From Centroscyllium fabricii (Eukaryota), in contig JBNRSN020000012.1 in assembly GCA_051313645.2 (NCBI GenBank), positions 69,626,001 to 69,690,000 on the forward strand: a stretch of 64,000 nucleotides of DNA, in the 5' to 3' direction. Each line of letters begins with the position of its first letter. Position 1 is the stretch's first letter. A model generated the notes under the pieces. That model was not told where the DNA came from and searched no databases. It saw only the letters and a list, made by a program, of their open reading frames with translations. Below are positions 49,017-59,439 of this stretch, one piece after another. Both the position numbers and the translations under genes were made by a program.

Positions 49017-49470
49017 TGTGGAGGTGCCGGTGTTGGACTGGGGTGGACAAATGCAAGAAGTCACACAACACCAGATTATAGTCCAACAGTTTTATTTTAA
49101 ATCACAAGCTTTCGGAGCTTCTGCCCCTTCGTCAGGTGAAAGAGAAGCTGACTTAAAGAACACACATATGGGAGGAAGAGAGAAATCTGATCTCCCACAT
49201 CTCACCTTAGCAAAGAGACAGACAGAGCACACAAAGGCATATTAACATATTCATTGATCTCAGACTGATGTGTTAAAATATGTTAATACGCCTTTGTGTG
49301 CTCTGTCTATCTCTGCTAAGGTGAGATGTGGGAGATCAGATTTCTCTCTTCCTCCCATATGTGCGTTCATTAAGTCAGCTTCTCTTTCACCTGACGAAGG
49401 GGTAGAAGGTCCGAAAGCTTGTGATTTAAAATAAAACTGTTGGACTATAACCTGGTGTTGTGTGACTTCT
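49017..49470. mobile_element. Penelope-derived fold-back element (family B) with hammerhead cores on both strands
   Basis: Inverted arms of ~195 bp. Cores at 49103-49138 (-) and 49388-49423 (+). TGTATTTGAACATGA is duplicated at 49002-49016 and 49471-49485. Confidence 0.85.
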
Positions 49471-49649
49471 TGTATTTGAACATGAATCTTGGTGTAATTG
49501 TCCGTTCGGACGGTTTTTGAATTGAGGCCTTTCCTGAAGCTTTAGCTGGCTTTCCCAGGTTGGCATGTCTGAGCTCTGTCAATTTCCCTTCGCATCTCTG
49601 CCGTTTCGTCCTCGCATAATTAAGCTCCTTGTCAATTTCCTGAAATATG

Positions 49650-49853
49650 TCCTTTCTTTGCATTGGTTGCTGCAATTCTCAATGAATTCGCATCACGTCC
49701 GGTACGAGGTTGGATTGGTCGTTAATGCTGAAGCCAATTGGCCTGTTCCTTCACCAATCGGCTTCGCCATGGCGCTTTCCTGCGCTCGAAGCTGGAAATA
49801 GACCCGAAGTGGCCGTCAGGCGGGACAATTGGTGTCGGCACGGTGTGAAAACA
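49650..49853 (+). promoter_or_regulatory. XXYLT1: XXYLT1 CpG-rich promoter and 5' UTR
   Basis: Clustered CCAAT/ATTGG boxes (~49662, 49714, 49734, 49755), palindromic CGCCATGGCG YY1-type site at ~49765, and local CpG enrichment. Confidence 0.7.
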
Positions 49854-50360
49854 ATGGGATTGTGGAGAATGATTGTACAGACTAAGGCGAAGTTCATCCC
49901 ATTCCGCTCCTGTCAGTTTGCCCTGTTATTTGCAGCTGCACTGGCCGTTTGTGCCTTTTACTACTTTGGATCCAACCACGAAAATTTTTCCAGCACCACC
50001 AGGAGAATGAAAGAAAACCAGGCAGGGAAGAGCGGGCCGGGCGATGCTCCACCGGCAGTGAATCCCAGTGGGAAAAAACCGGCCGGATCTCCAGCAAGTG
50101 CTGCAGCCGGTAACGGCGAAGCCGGCAATTCGCCGGGGAAAGGGACCATGCAGTTTCATGCTCTTATGATGTTTACCAAAGTAGACAAAAACTACGGTCT
50201 CCAAGAAAAATTTACGGTTGCCATCAAGTCGATGGTAAATCACGCAGTGTTTAAAGACGACGAGGTGCTCCATCTGCATTTTGTTGCTGATGCAGGCAGC
50301 AAAAAAATAGGAGAACCGCTCCTGCAGAAGCTGCTGCAAGCCGCCACCTTCAAGTACCAG
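49854..50360 (+). CDS. XXYLT1: Xyloside xylosyltransferase 1, exon 1 (169 codons, type II membrane anchor)
   Basis: Kozak ACAATGG. ALLFAAALAVCAFYYFGS..ENFSSTTRRMKE and HALMMFTKV..EVLHLHFV match recalled XXYLT1. Donor CAG|gtacct, phase 0. Exon 2 was not seen in the window. Confidence 0.95.
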
Positions 50361-50391
50361 GTACCTTTCCAAGTTGTCTGCATTTTAGGGA

Positions 50392-50837
50392 TGATGTGGA
50401 GGTGCCGGTGTTGGACTGGGGTGGACAAATGCAAGAAGTCACACAACACCAGGTTATAGTCCAACAGTTTTATTTGAAATCACAAGCTTTCGGAGCGTTG
50501 CTCCTTCCTCAGGTGAAGTGACGAGATTCATTTAAACATAGCATATATAGAGAGAGAGAACAATGTGGTCTCTCCAACTGTTCCACATCACACCTCAGCA
50601 GAGAGACATCAAAGCAATCAAAGGTGTTCTAACATGTCAATTTGATGCTTTGATGTCTCTCTGCTGAGGTGTGATGTGAAACAGTTGGAGAGACCACATT
50701 GTTCTCTCTATATATATATATATATATAATGTTTAAATGAATCTCGTCATTTCACCTGAGGAAGGAGCTGCACTCCGAAAGCTTGTGATTTCAAATAAAA
50801 CTGTTGGACTATAACCTGGTGTGTGACTTCTTACAAT
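50392..50837. mobile_element. Penelope-derived fold-back element (family B) with two intact hammerhead cores
   Basis: Inverted arms of ~185 bp. Cores at 50481-50515 (-) and 50753-50787 (+). TGCATTTTAGGGA is duplicated at 50379-50391 and 50838-50850. Confidence 0.85.
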
Positions 50838-51214
50838 TGCATTTTAGGGGACCGGTTCTGTTGCTGTATCTAATGATGTCATCGACAATAACAACATTTT
50901 ACACTCTCTCTTGAGTAGTTTGTTTTGAATCGAGTTTGGTTCGATTCAACAGATGATAAATCCCTGCGAGACAGTACTTGGGTTTGAATATTTGATTAGG
51001 CTCCCTTAGCGACCGTGAGATGCAAAATTGAGTTTTAATAAGGTTTATAATGTAAGACTGAAGTTGAATTCACGTAAGTTACACCAATTCATCTTTGCAA
51101 AGGATGTTTCCCATTGTGCCTGTCCACATATACCCTATGTAAAGCGGTGTGCTTACTTGAAAATGTGCTGGCAGGACCAGATGGTTTTCATCCCAGGGTT
51201 TTAAAGGAAGTCCT

Positions 51215-51761
51215 AGTTAGACCACACCTGGAGTATTGTGTTCAGTTCTGAGCACCACACCCAAGGAAGGATATACTGGCCTTGGAGGGAGTGATGATAC
51301 CTGGACTCCAGGGGTTCCATTTACGAGGCGAGATTACCCAAACTAGGGTTGTATTCCCTGGAATTTAGAAGATTCAGGGGTGATTTAATCAAAGTTTTCA
51401 AGATATTAATGGGAACTGATAGGGTAAATAGATAGAAACTATTTCCGCTGGTTGGGGAATCCAGGATTAGGAAACATCGCCTAAAAATTAGAGCCCAGCC
51501 TTTCGGGAGTGAAGTTGGGAAACTCTTCTACACACAAAGGGTGGTAGAAGTTTGGAACTCTCTTCCACAAACAGTAGTTGGTGCTGGGTCAATTGTTAAT
51601 TTTAAATCTGAGATTGCTAGAATTTTCTTAACCAAAGGTATAGAGGGATATGGGGCAACGGCGGGTAAATCGAGTTAGGTCACAAATCAGCCATGATCTT
51701 ATTGAATGGGGGAGCAGGCTCAAGGGGATCAATGGTTGTCTCCTGTTCGTATGTTCCTATA
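51215..51761 (+). mobile_element. CR1 LINE 3' fragment
   Basis: gttagaccacacctggagtattgtgttcagttctg (VRPHLEYCVQF) through the 3' stem-loop and tatgttcctat tail. Confidence 0.85.
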
Positions 51762-52139
51762 TCCAGTCAGTGCAATTGGTTCATCTTCATAGAACATTTC
51801 AAGCTTTATATTGCACATCCCCCTCCATTCTTTTTGTATTTAATGGTAAGGGGTGCAACAGTGAACAAGTTATGTCTCTGACTCCACACTGAAATCAATG
51901 TTGGTTCATTTAAAAAATTTGCATTTAACTCTAAGATTTTCAAATCTTCATTTTCTAAAGTGAAATCCAAGTTATCTTGCTAACTTTTCTTCAGCTCATT
52001 ACCATGAGTGCTCCTGAAATGCTCATACGAGGTCATTTGGGTTTGTCTGCCCCTGTTAGGTTTTAAAAAAAAAATAGAAATCTATATGCATAATATTAGT
52101 GTATTCAGAGGTTCTGATTTTCAAAATCTGTGCCTTATT

Positions 52140-52445
52140 ACAACAACAAAAACAACTTGCATTTGTGTAGTGCCTTTACCATAGCAAAACATCCCAAGGT
52201 GCTTCACAGGAGTGATTATCAAACAAAATTTGACACTGAGCCGCATAAGGAGACTGGTGACCAAAAGCTTGGTGAAAGAGGCAGGTTTTAAGGAGCCTCT
52301 GAAAGGAGGAGCGATAACGGCAGAGCAGCATAGGGAGGGAATTTCGGAGCCTAGGGCCCAGGCAGCTGACGGCATGGCCGCCAATGGTGGAGCGATTTTT
52401 TTTTTAAAATCGGGGATGCGCAAGTGGCCAGAATTGGATGAGTCT
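52140..52445 (-). mobile_element. L2 LINE 3' end
   Basis: acaacaacaaaaacaacttgcatttgtgtagtgcctttacc tail. Antisense homolog of 6320-6547. Confidence 0.75.
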
Positions 52446-52509
52446 TCCATTTATATGGAACCTGACATAATATGTACACCGAAAGATAGCCTGCCAGCTT
52501 AAATCCCTC

Positions 52510-52653
52510 ATATAATAGCAAAATATTGCGGATGCTGGAAATCTGAAATAACAACAGAAAATGCTGGAAAAACTCAGCAGGCCAGACAGCATCGGTAGAG
52601 AGAGAAACAGAGTTAATGTTTCAGGTCTGGGACCCTTCATCAGCTTCTTCTTT
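52510..52653 (-). mobile_element. Penelope-derived insert (family A) with hammerhead core
   Basis: Minus strand CTGATGA-AGGGTCCCAGACCT-GAAAC (52619-52643). AGCTTAAATCCCTC is duplicated at 52496-52509 and 52654-52667. Confidence 0.75.
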
Positions 52654-52715
52654 AGCTTAAATCCCTCTATCACTTGTTTTCATCTGCCTGAGCATTTCAT
52701 ACCCCTGTTTCAGGT

Positions 52716-53003
52716 CATAGAATCATAGAAGATAGGAGCAGGAGTAGGCCATTCAGCCCTTCGAGCCTGCTCCGCCATTCAATGAGATCATGGCTGATCT
52801 TTAGCAAGCTAGTACCCCGTCCCCGCCTTTTCTCCGTAACCTTTAATCCCTTTAGCTTGAAGAAATATATCCAATTCCCTCTTGAATATGTTTAATGAAC
52901 TGGCCTCCACCGCCCTCTGTGGCAAGGAATTCCACAGGCCCACCACTCTCTGAGTGAAGAAATTCTTCCTCATGTCTCTCCTAAATGGTTTACCCCTTAT
53001 TCT
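52716..53003 (-). mobile_element. CR1 LINE 3' end
   Basis: catagaatcatagaa tail. Homologous to 12262-12550. Confidence 0.85.
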
Positions 53004-53210
53004 TTATATTCTAATATTACAGCCCATGAACAGACTTCAAGTTTATAGATGTTATGTTGTCCTGAAGAGAGGGTGGAAAGATGACCGTAGTTTAGGGTGG
53101 ACCAAGCAGTGCAAATACAGTGGCATCAATATAGTAAAATCAAAAAATGATGAGCAGGAATGAAGTCTGTCATCATTTTTACAGTGAAGTTGTCTTTCAC
53201 ATTTCCATGT

Positions 53211-53608
53211 AACATAGAAACATAGAAGGTAGGAGCAGGAGCAGGCCATTCGGCCCTTCGAGCCTGCTCCGCCATTCAATGAGATCATGGCTGATCATCC
53301 AAACCCAGTATCCCGCCCCTGCCCTCTCCCCATATCCCTCGATCCCTATCGATCCCGCACCGACACATATCCCACCCTATCCCCGTAACCCTACATATTC
53401 AACCCCCCTAACACTAAGGGTCAATTTATCATGGCCAATCAACCTAACCCGCACATCTTTGGACTGTGGGAGGAAACCGGAGCACCCGGAGGAAACCCAC
53501 ACAGACACGGGGAGAATGTGCAAACTCCACACAGATAGTCACCCGAGGCTGGATTTGAACCCGGGTCTCCAGTGCTGAGGCAACAGTGCTAACCACTGTG
53601 CCACCGTG
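53211..53608 (-). mobile_element. V-SINE (HE1-like)
   Basis: Colinear with 21398-21790. Confidence 0.9.
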
Positions 53609-54088
53609 TGGAAGTTTCCCACTTTGCATTCGGATGGTAAGTGCATTCCTTTTGAATAATTACAAGTGAATGAACACCAAGAATTTTTTGTGGTGTATTT
53701 ATTTTTTGGTGAGAAATTGAGGTGATAGGCCAAGTGCTGCATACCGCCAAGATTAGAGAGAGAAAAAGATGAGTTAAATTAGGAAGGAGTGGCAAAGTGA
53801 CGTGAAGTTTGTGTTTGACATCCTGAAGACGAGCATGAAAGAAGGAGTGAGCAAGGTAGGAGTCCCACAGTTTAGAGGTTTGGGAAATAATGAATTAGAA
53901 TAGTGTGATTGCTGGATGGAGGAAAAGCTTGTAGGACAGTATATTTGACACAATGAGAAGGCGCGGAGAAATTGCTACCATATTGGGTTCTTATGGGATC
54001 GTTTCACAGCACTTGGTGTAAGTGGACCTTGCTCCCCACAATCCAGAGACTGTACCGTTTTACACTTGCAGAGTTCCATAACCTAGAG

Positions 54089-54444
54089 TAAAATCAGAAA
54101 ATGCTGGAAACACTCAGCCGGTCAGGCAGCATCTGTGGAGAGCGAAAAAGAGTTAACGTTTCAGGTCACGGACCTTTCGTCAGAACTGAGAAATATAAAG
54201 GGTTTTAAGCAAGTGCAGAGGCAGGGAAAGGGGGAATGGGAGGAAAGAACAAAAGGGAAGGCCTGTGATCAGGTGCTTATCACAGTTATATCTCTAACTT
54301 TTTCTAGTTCTGACAAAAGGTCATCGACCTGAAACGTTAATTTTGTTTCTCTCTCCACAGATGCTGCCCGACCAGCTGAGTATTTCCAGCATTTTCTATT
54401 TTTATTTCTGATTTCCCCCTCATCCACAGTATTTTGCTTTTGTA
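54089..54444. mobile_element. Penelope-derived fold-back insert (family A) with one intact hammerhead core
   Basis: Minus strand AGTT-CTGACGA-AAGGTCCGTGACCT-GAAACGTT-AACT (core 54159-54183). The plus copy at 54310-54334 has CTGACAA. TCCATAACCTAGAG is duplicated at 54075-54088 and 54445-54458. Confidence 0.85.
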
Positions 54445-55018
54445 TCCATAACCTAGAGGCTTAGCAATTACCCTAGAAATATAGACAGGTGTTTTTTTTA
54501 TTTGGTACATGTACAGATTTGAGGAATTCAGGTTAAAGATGTGTTGATGAGAAAATAGATTTGAAAATACAATGCTAAAATGTTGCATAAAAACTTTTCT
54601 AAGGAAAGAGTCTTAAAATATTTACAAAGTTCATGTCTTATTATGAAACAACATACAGTACGTAAAAATGTGGAGATAGTTTAAATGGCAACTTTACTCC
54701 ACTCTGGATTACCAAACCGGGCATAAAGTGATATTACCCAACAAATTCTCTGTCGCAGAATAAGCCCTTGAATATAGAGATATTGCATGGCTTCATGACT
54801 GTGTGGAACAGGGAACAAATGATTTCAGAAAAAAAATGTCTCTCGTACCAGTCCCTTGTCTTGTCTTGCCTTCACACCTTTCTCTTTTGCATCCCTCTTT
54901 CTTTGCAGTTCTACTTAATGGACTTTCCCCAGAAGAAAAAAAAATTGTGACAAGAATATTAAATCTAAATGTACAGTACTGCTGAATTACAAAATGATAG
55001 GTTACAAGAGATGGTATT

Positions 55019-55787
55019 GGGCCAGAAATTAGCCCTGGAGCCTTCGTGCGAGTGCAGTGCTCCTAGTTGCACTTACCCAACACTTATGCCGTTTTGAAAT
55101 TTTGCACTGTGAACTTCCGAGTTGCACAGCTTGTCAAAGCTCTGTGCGAGCTGCTTGTGCAACTCAACGGCGTAATTAGTTTGAAATCTCCCACGAGACC
55201 ACGTGATTGGCAGGGAGCCAATCAATGGAAGCAATCCGCCATTCAAAACTTACACGGAGAAATCTGTGTAACTTTTGAAAGGAGAGATCTTCCAAAACAC
55301 ATCTAAACTCAAATAAAAATTTAAAAACACCATTTTTTTAACAGTACTCCAACTAGCATAAATTACCTATTTTAAACAAAAAATAAAAGTTTAGATTTTT
55401 TTTTTACACTCTTTAACAGGCCTAAAAGAATACTTACCTGTCTCTAAAGTTTACAAAAATTATAAACCTGTAAGAACAATACTTAAAATCAATAAAATAA
55501 AGACTTACCTGCTAAAAACGGGTGCTTACGACTTTTTTTCAAGCGTAGAATCTTCCATGCTTACCCGATGAAAATCTCAGGAAAAAACCCGGAAGTTTAC
55601 TGCGCACCATGTGGTGCGCAGGTTTGTGCGATAATCATCGCAGCAGCTCAATTTCTCCCCCCCCCCCCTGCTGGCCACCTTCGGAATGTCATGGAGCAGC
55701 TGCAAACGGCTGCTTCATGCGATTTGGAGCTCGGATGCGCGTGCACCCGAGCTCCAAATCAATAATCGCGATCGGAAATACTGGCCC
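55019..55787. mobile_element. PIF/Harbinger-type MITE
   Basis: ATT|gggccagaaatt...aaatactggccc|ATT: imperfect TIR with a 3-bp TSD. Confidence 0.75.
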
Positions 55788-55959
55788 ATTATGTGAAGTA
55801 TGCTGATTAGCTCAAATTTTAGATTCACCAGCAAGTAAATAATCAAAAGACAGTTAAAACCTTTGCTATGATTCTGGTTTTCTCCTGACGCATATAACTT
55901 GTTTTTGCAGCGGAAAGGTAGTTTCCATAAGCAGGCTGATGCTGCTATGAGTCAAAACA

Positions 55960-56577
55960 AGGCCATAAAGAAACAAACCAAGGTTTATTTCTAGAGGGAT
56001 AGAATTGAAAAGTAGGGAAGTTATGCTCAACCTGTATCGAACCTTGGTTAGACCACACTTGGAGTACTGCATACAATTCTGGTCGCCATATTATAAAAAG
56101 GGTATTGAGGCATTGGAGAGGATGCAGATTTACAACGATGACACCAGAAATGCTAGGGCATACCTATCTGGAATGGATGAACAGGCTGGGTCTCTTTCCT
56201 CTTGAAAAAAAGAAGGCTAAGGGGTGACCTAATAGAGGTCTTTAAAATTATGAAAGGTGTTGATAGAGTGGATACAGAGAGAATGTTTCCACTTGTGGGG
56301 AAGAGCATAACTAGAGGCCATCAATATAAGATAGTCACCAAAAAATCAAATAGGTAATTCAGAAGAAACTTCTCCCAGAGAGTGATGAGAATATGGAACT
56401 CGCTACCACAGGGAGCAGTTGAGGTAAATAGTATCGATGCATTTAAGGGGAGGCTAGATTAGCATATGAGGGAGAAGGGAATAGAGGGTTATGCTGATTT
56501 TAGATGAGGAAAGACTGGGGGAGGCTCGAATGGAGCATAAACCCAGGCATGGCCTGTTTCTGTACCATATATCCTAT
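55960..56577 (+). mobile_element. CR1 LINE 3' fragment
   Basis: KSREVMLNLYRTLVRPHLEYCIQFWSPYY (ORF 56005..56205), then frameshifted. Confidence 0.88.
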
Positions 56578-58126
56578 GCAAATTTGCACCCTTCTGCATG
56601 GGTGAATGCAGTAGTGTGCACAGGACTAATAATTACCCTTTGACTATGTGAGAAGTCCATCACACCCTCCTGTCTATTCCGAGAGGTAGTAAATACCACA
56701 GTGCTACATCATTACAGTCAATTTAAAATTGATGATTAGATTTATTTACAAATAAGATCATTTTAGAAGCTACATCAAGAACTGACAGTAGGACAAATAT
56801 TTTAAATAGTAAAGAATTAACCAGTCCACAGGGGTTAAAATATTGTTCGATCATATTTTTCTATGCCGTTTGATAATCTGAAAGACTTTTGTAGGAAATA
56901 GTTTTGGTAGATGTCCCGATTTACATGGTGTCCAGCTGTCAATTTAGACTCTGCTGAAGCTGAACTAAATTTGAGCAGCTGAAGCTTAACCTTTATGTCC
57001 AAAGAATGCATTCATACCACAGGTGGTAATGCTCAGATTTTAACCAAGTTTCTCTCGAGGATATCCCTGGTACGAGAGAGAATGATTTCATCTACTTTCC
57101 CAGTCTACAAATAGTTACATTTCAAAGAATTGCCCAATAGCGAAACAAAAATGACCTAATTGTTTACTGATTGCAGACATGGCACCAAAAAGGAAGCCGT
57201 CCTACTCTTGAAACTGCGTATGAATCAGCATGGTTTTGTGTATTGTCTCACATTTTGCCCCCTGACCCCCAATTATGGAGCTAAAGGAACTATTTCCAGC
57301 ACATCTTCTGATACCTAAAACAACGTAGGCCTACACAGGAGCCTCTAGTTTCTCTTCATTATCTTTCAGGAGGGACTTGGGTTCCCAGTATTATTTTGAC
57401 CTTCTAGTGATCTCAATGACATCTGGGGTGCAATACATGTTTATGTGCAATAGGACAGTATGTATTCCGAATCGGATGCTCTTTGTAAGAATAAAAAATT
57501 ATATACATTTTCATAGCACCTTATCCAGGCCTGAAGATGTTCTAAAGTACTTTGCAGCCAATGGATTGCTCTTGAAGTGCAATTACTGTTATGTGGGTAA
57601 ATGCAGCAGTTAATTTGCACAGTGAGGCACCACAAAAAGCACCTGAGCCAAGCAGGCACATATATACACACACATCTATCTCTCTCTCTCTATCGATATC
57701 TGCATATGTACTTGAAATTCCAGGTACGACCGACTATTTTTCTTTTATAGGTGGGATGAATAAGCCCTTATTGCTCTTTTGCTTTTAGAATGCTGTGTCC
57801 AATGCTGAAGATTCAATTCCCTTTTTTGTATCGCCATCAGTTTGGTCCTATTCTTTCACACACACAATGAATGAGCTGGACTGACAGTGTGCGCTGACCA
57901 ATTCCCCCCGCCCCCCCCCCCCCCCTTTGTGTTCAGTCAGAAGGCAAGAGGGGGTAAATGATATCTGCTTACTGGGTTATTCTGCATTTTGTTTGTGAAT
58001 ATCTTTTTTTTTACTATTGGTTTCTAACAGTTTCGTAATACACATGCAAGAGCATGGGAGGGGAGTATGCTTATAATGTATTCTGCATTGCACGCTACAA
58101 TGTTCCAGTCATTACCATAGCCTCTG

Positions 58127-58530
58127 ACATAGAAACATAGAAGATAGGAGCAGGAGTAGGCCATTCGGCCCTTCGAGCCTGCTCCGCCATTCACTGAGAT
58201 CATGGCTGATCATCCAAACCTAGCACCCCGCCCCTGCCCTCTCCCCATATCCCTCGATCCCTATTGAGCCTGCACCGACACATATCCCACCCTATCCCCG
58301 TAACCCCACATATTCAATCCCCCTAACACTAAGGGTCAATTTATCCTGGCAAATCAACCTAACCCGCACATCTTTGGACTGTGGGAGGAAACCGGAGCAC
58401 CCGGAGGAAACCCACGCAGACACGGGGAGAATGTGCAAACTTCACACAGATAGTACCCGAGGCTGGATTTGAACCTGGGTGTCCAGTGCTGTGAGGCAAC
58501 AATGCTAACCACTATGCCACCGCGCCGCCC
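58127..58530 (-). mobile_element. V-SINE (HE1-like), full length
   Basis: Minus strand starts gggcggcgcggtggcatagtggttagc. B box ggttcaaatcc, V core and tail are present. Confidence 0.9.
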
Positions 58531-58639
58531 TCACCATGAGAAACACAACAGAAGATCGACAGTTCCATAAAATATATGCTTAGTGTTTTTTGTATGTATT
58601 TTTCTTGCATATATCAAATACAGTAAGGGTAGATCCTAT

Positions 58640-58967
58640 GGGGGAACAATTAGGTTGCTTGCGCCAGCCGTTAGCGCCCTAAGAGGGCTGCTAATGGGGC
58701 ACAAGGCACTTAGCGCCTGGGCTGGTGCCTCCCGCGATATTAAGCAGGGCGTTGGCGGTACCCGGTAGCGCCCTGTGGCGCTGCGCTACTGGCGATGACG
58801 TCATCGCCGTGCGCAGCGCCTCGCTCGTGCCCCGGCCGCCATCTTCAGTTGCGCCCCCTGACTTGGCACCGGACACTGTCATAGACAGGGTCAGGGGGAC
58901 GCAGTTGCAGCCGGGCCAGTGCTATTTAAAGGGGGGGTGCCAGGCAGCCATTTTTCTTGCTGGCCGC
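58640..58967. mobile_element. GC-rich MITE-like element acting as the Gypsy insertion target (resumes after 63946)
   Basis: CpG-rich block starting ggggaacaatt. The GC-rich sequence continues after the right LTR. Confidence 0.5.
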
Positions 58968-59192
58968 TGTCGTGTTATTCAAACTTGCGCGTGGGCAAAA
59001 GCATCAAGAGTGTATATCTTTTGTGTCTTTTATTCCAGCAACCAGAACACATGTTACACAGTACTTTTGGTTTCAGTTTCCCTCTCGTTTTCCTGTCACC
59101 CGGAACCTCAAGTAATGTACTTTGACCCTCCCATAATGCCCCTTGCCATTATGCTAATGCACCTTGCCATTATCCTATCAGATTACACCAGA
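58968..59192 (-). repeat. 3' LTR
   Basis: Direct repeat of 63722-63946, six differences by eye. Abuts the PPT. Confidence 0.95.
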
Positions 59193-59439
59193 TCTCCCCT
59201 TTTCAGATTAAACAAAACCATACCTTTGCTTCTTTGTTTACTTTTGGCTTATAAATTAACATTGCCATAAACATAAGTATTTTCTCTAAAACAATATTGT
59301 CACATAACAATTCCCTTTATCAGAACATCTTATATAAGGAATTTTCCATAAACAGTGACCAAGATATGCATTCCCCACATTCAATTCTTTACACAGCAAT
59401 GTTTCTTTCCCCCCCAGTTGTTATCTTAACCATTTTTTT

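Noticed and set aside
49710-50459. 249-aa ORF as a complete or N-terminally extended XXYLT1
   Set aside because: The upstream part overlaps the CCAAT-box promoter, and homology begins at ATG 49854. The part after 50360 is intron and Penelope repeat.
58964-58967. 4-bp TSD CCGC with 220-bp LTRs
   Set aside because: 225-bp LTRs with a 5-bp GCCGC TSD place the PPT directly against the 3' LTR and fit better.
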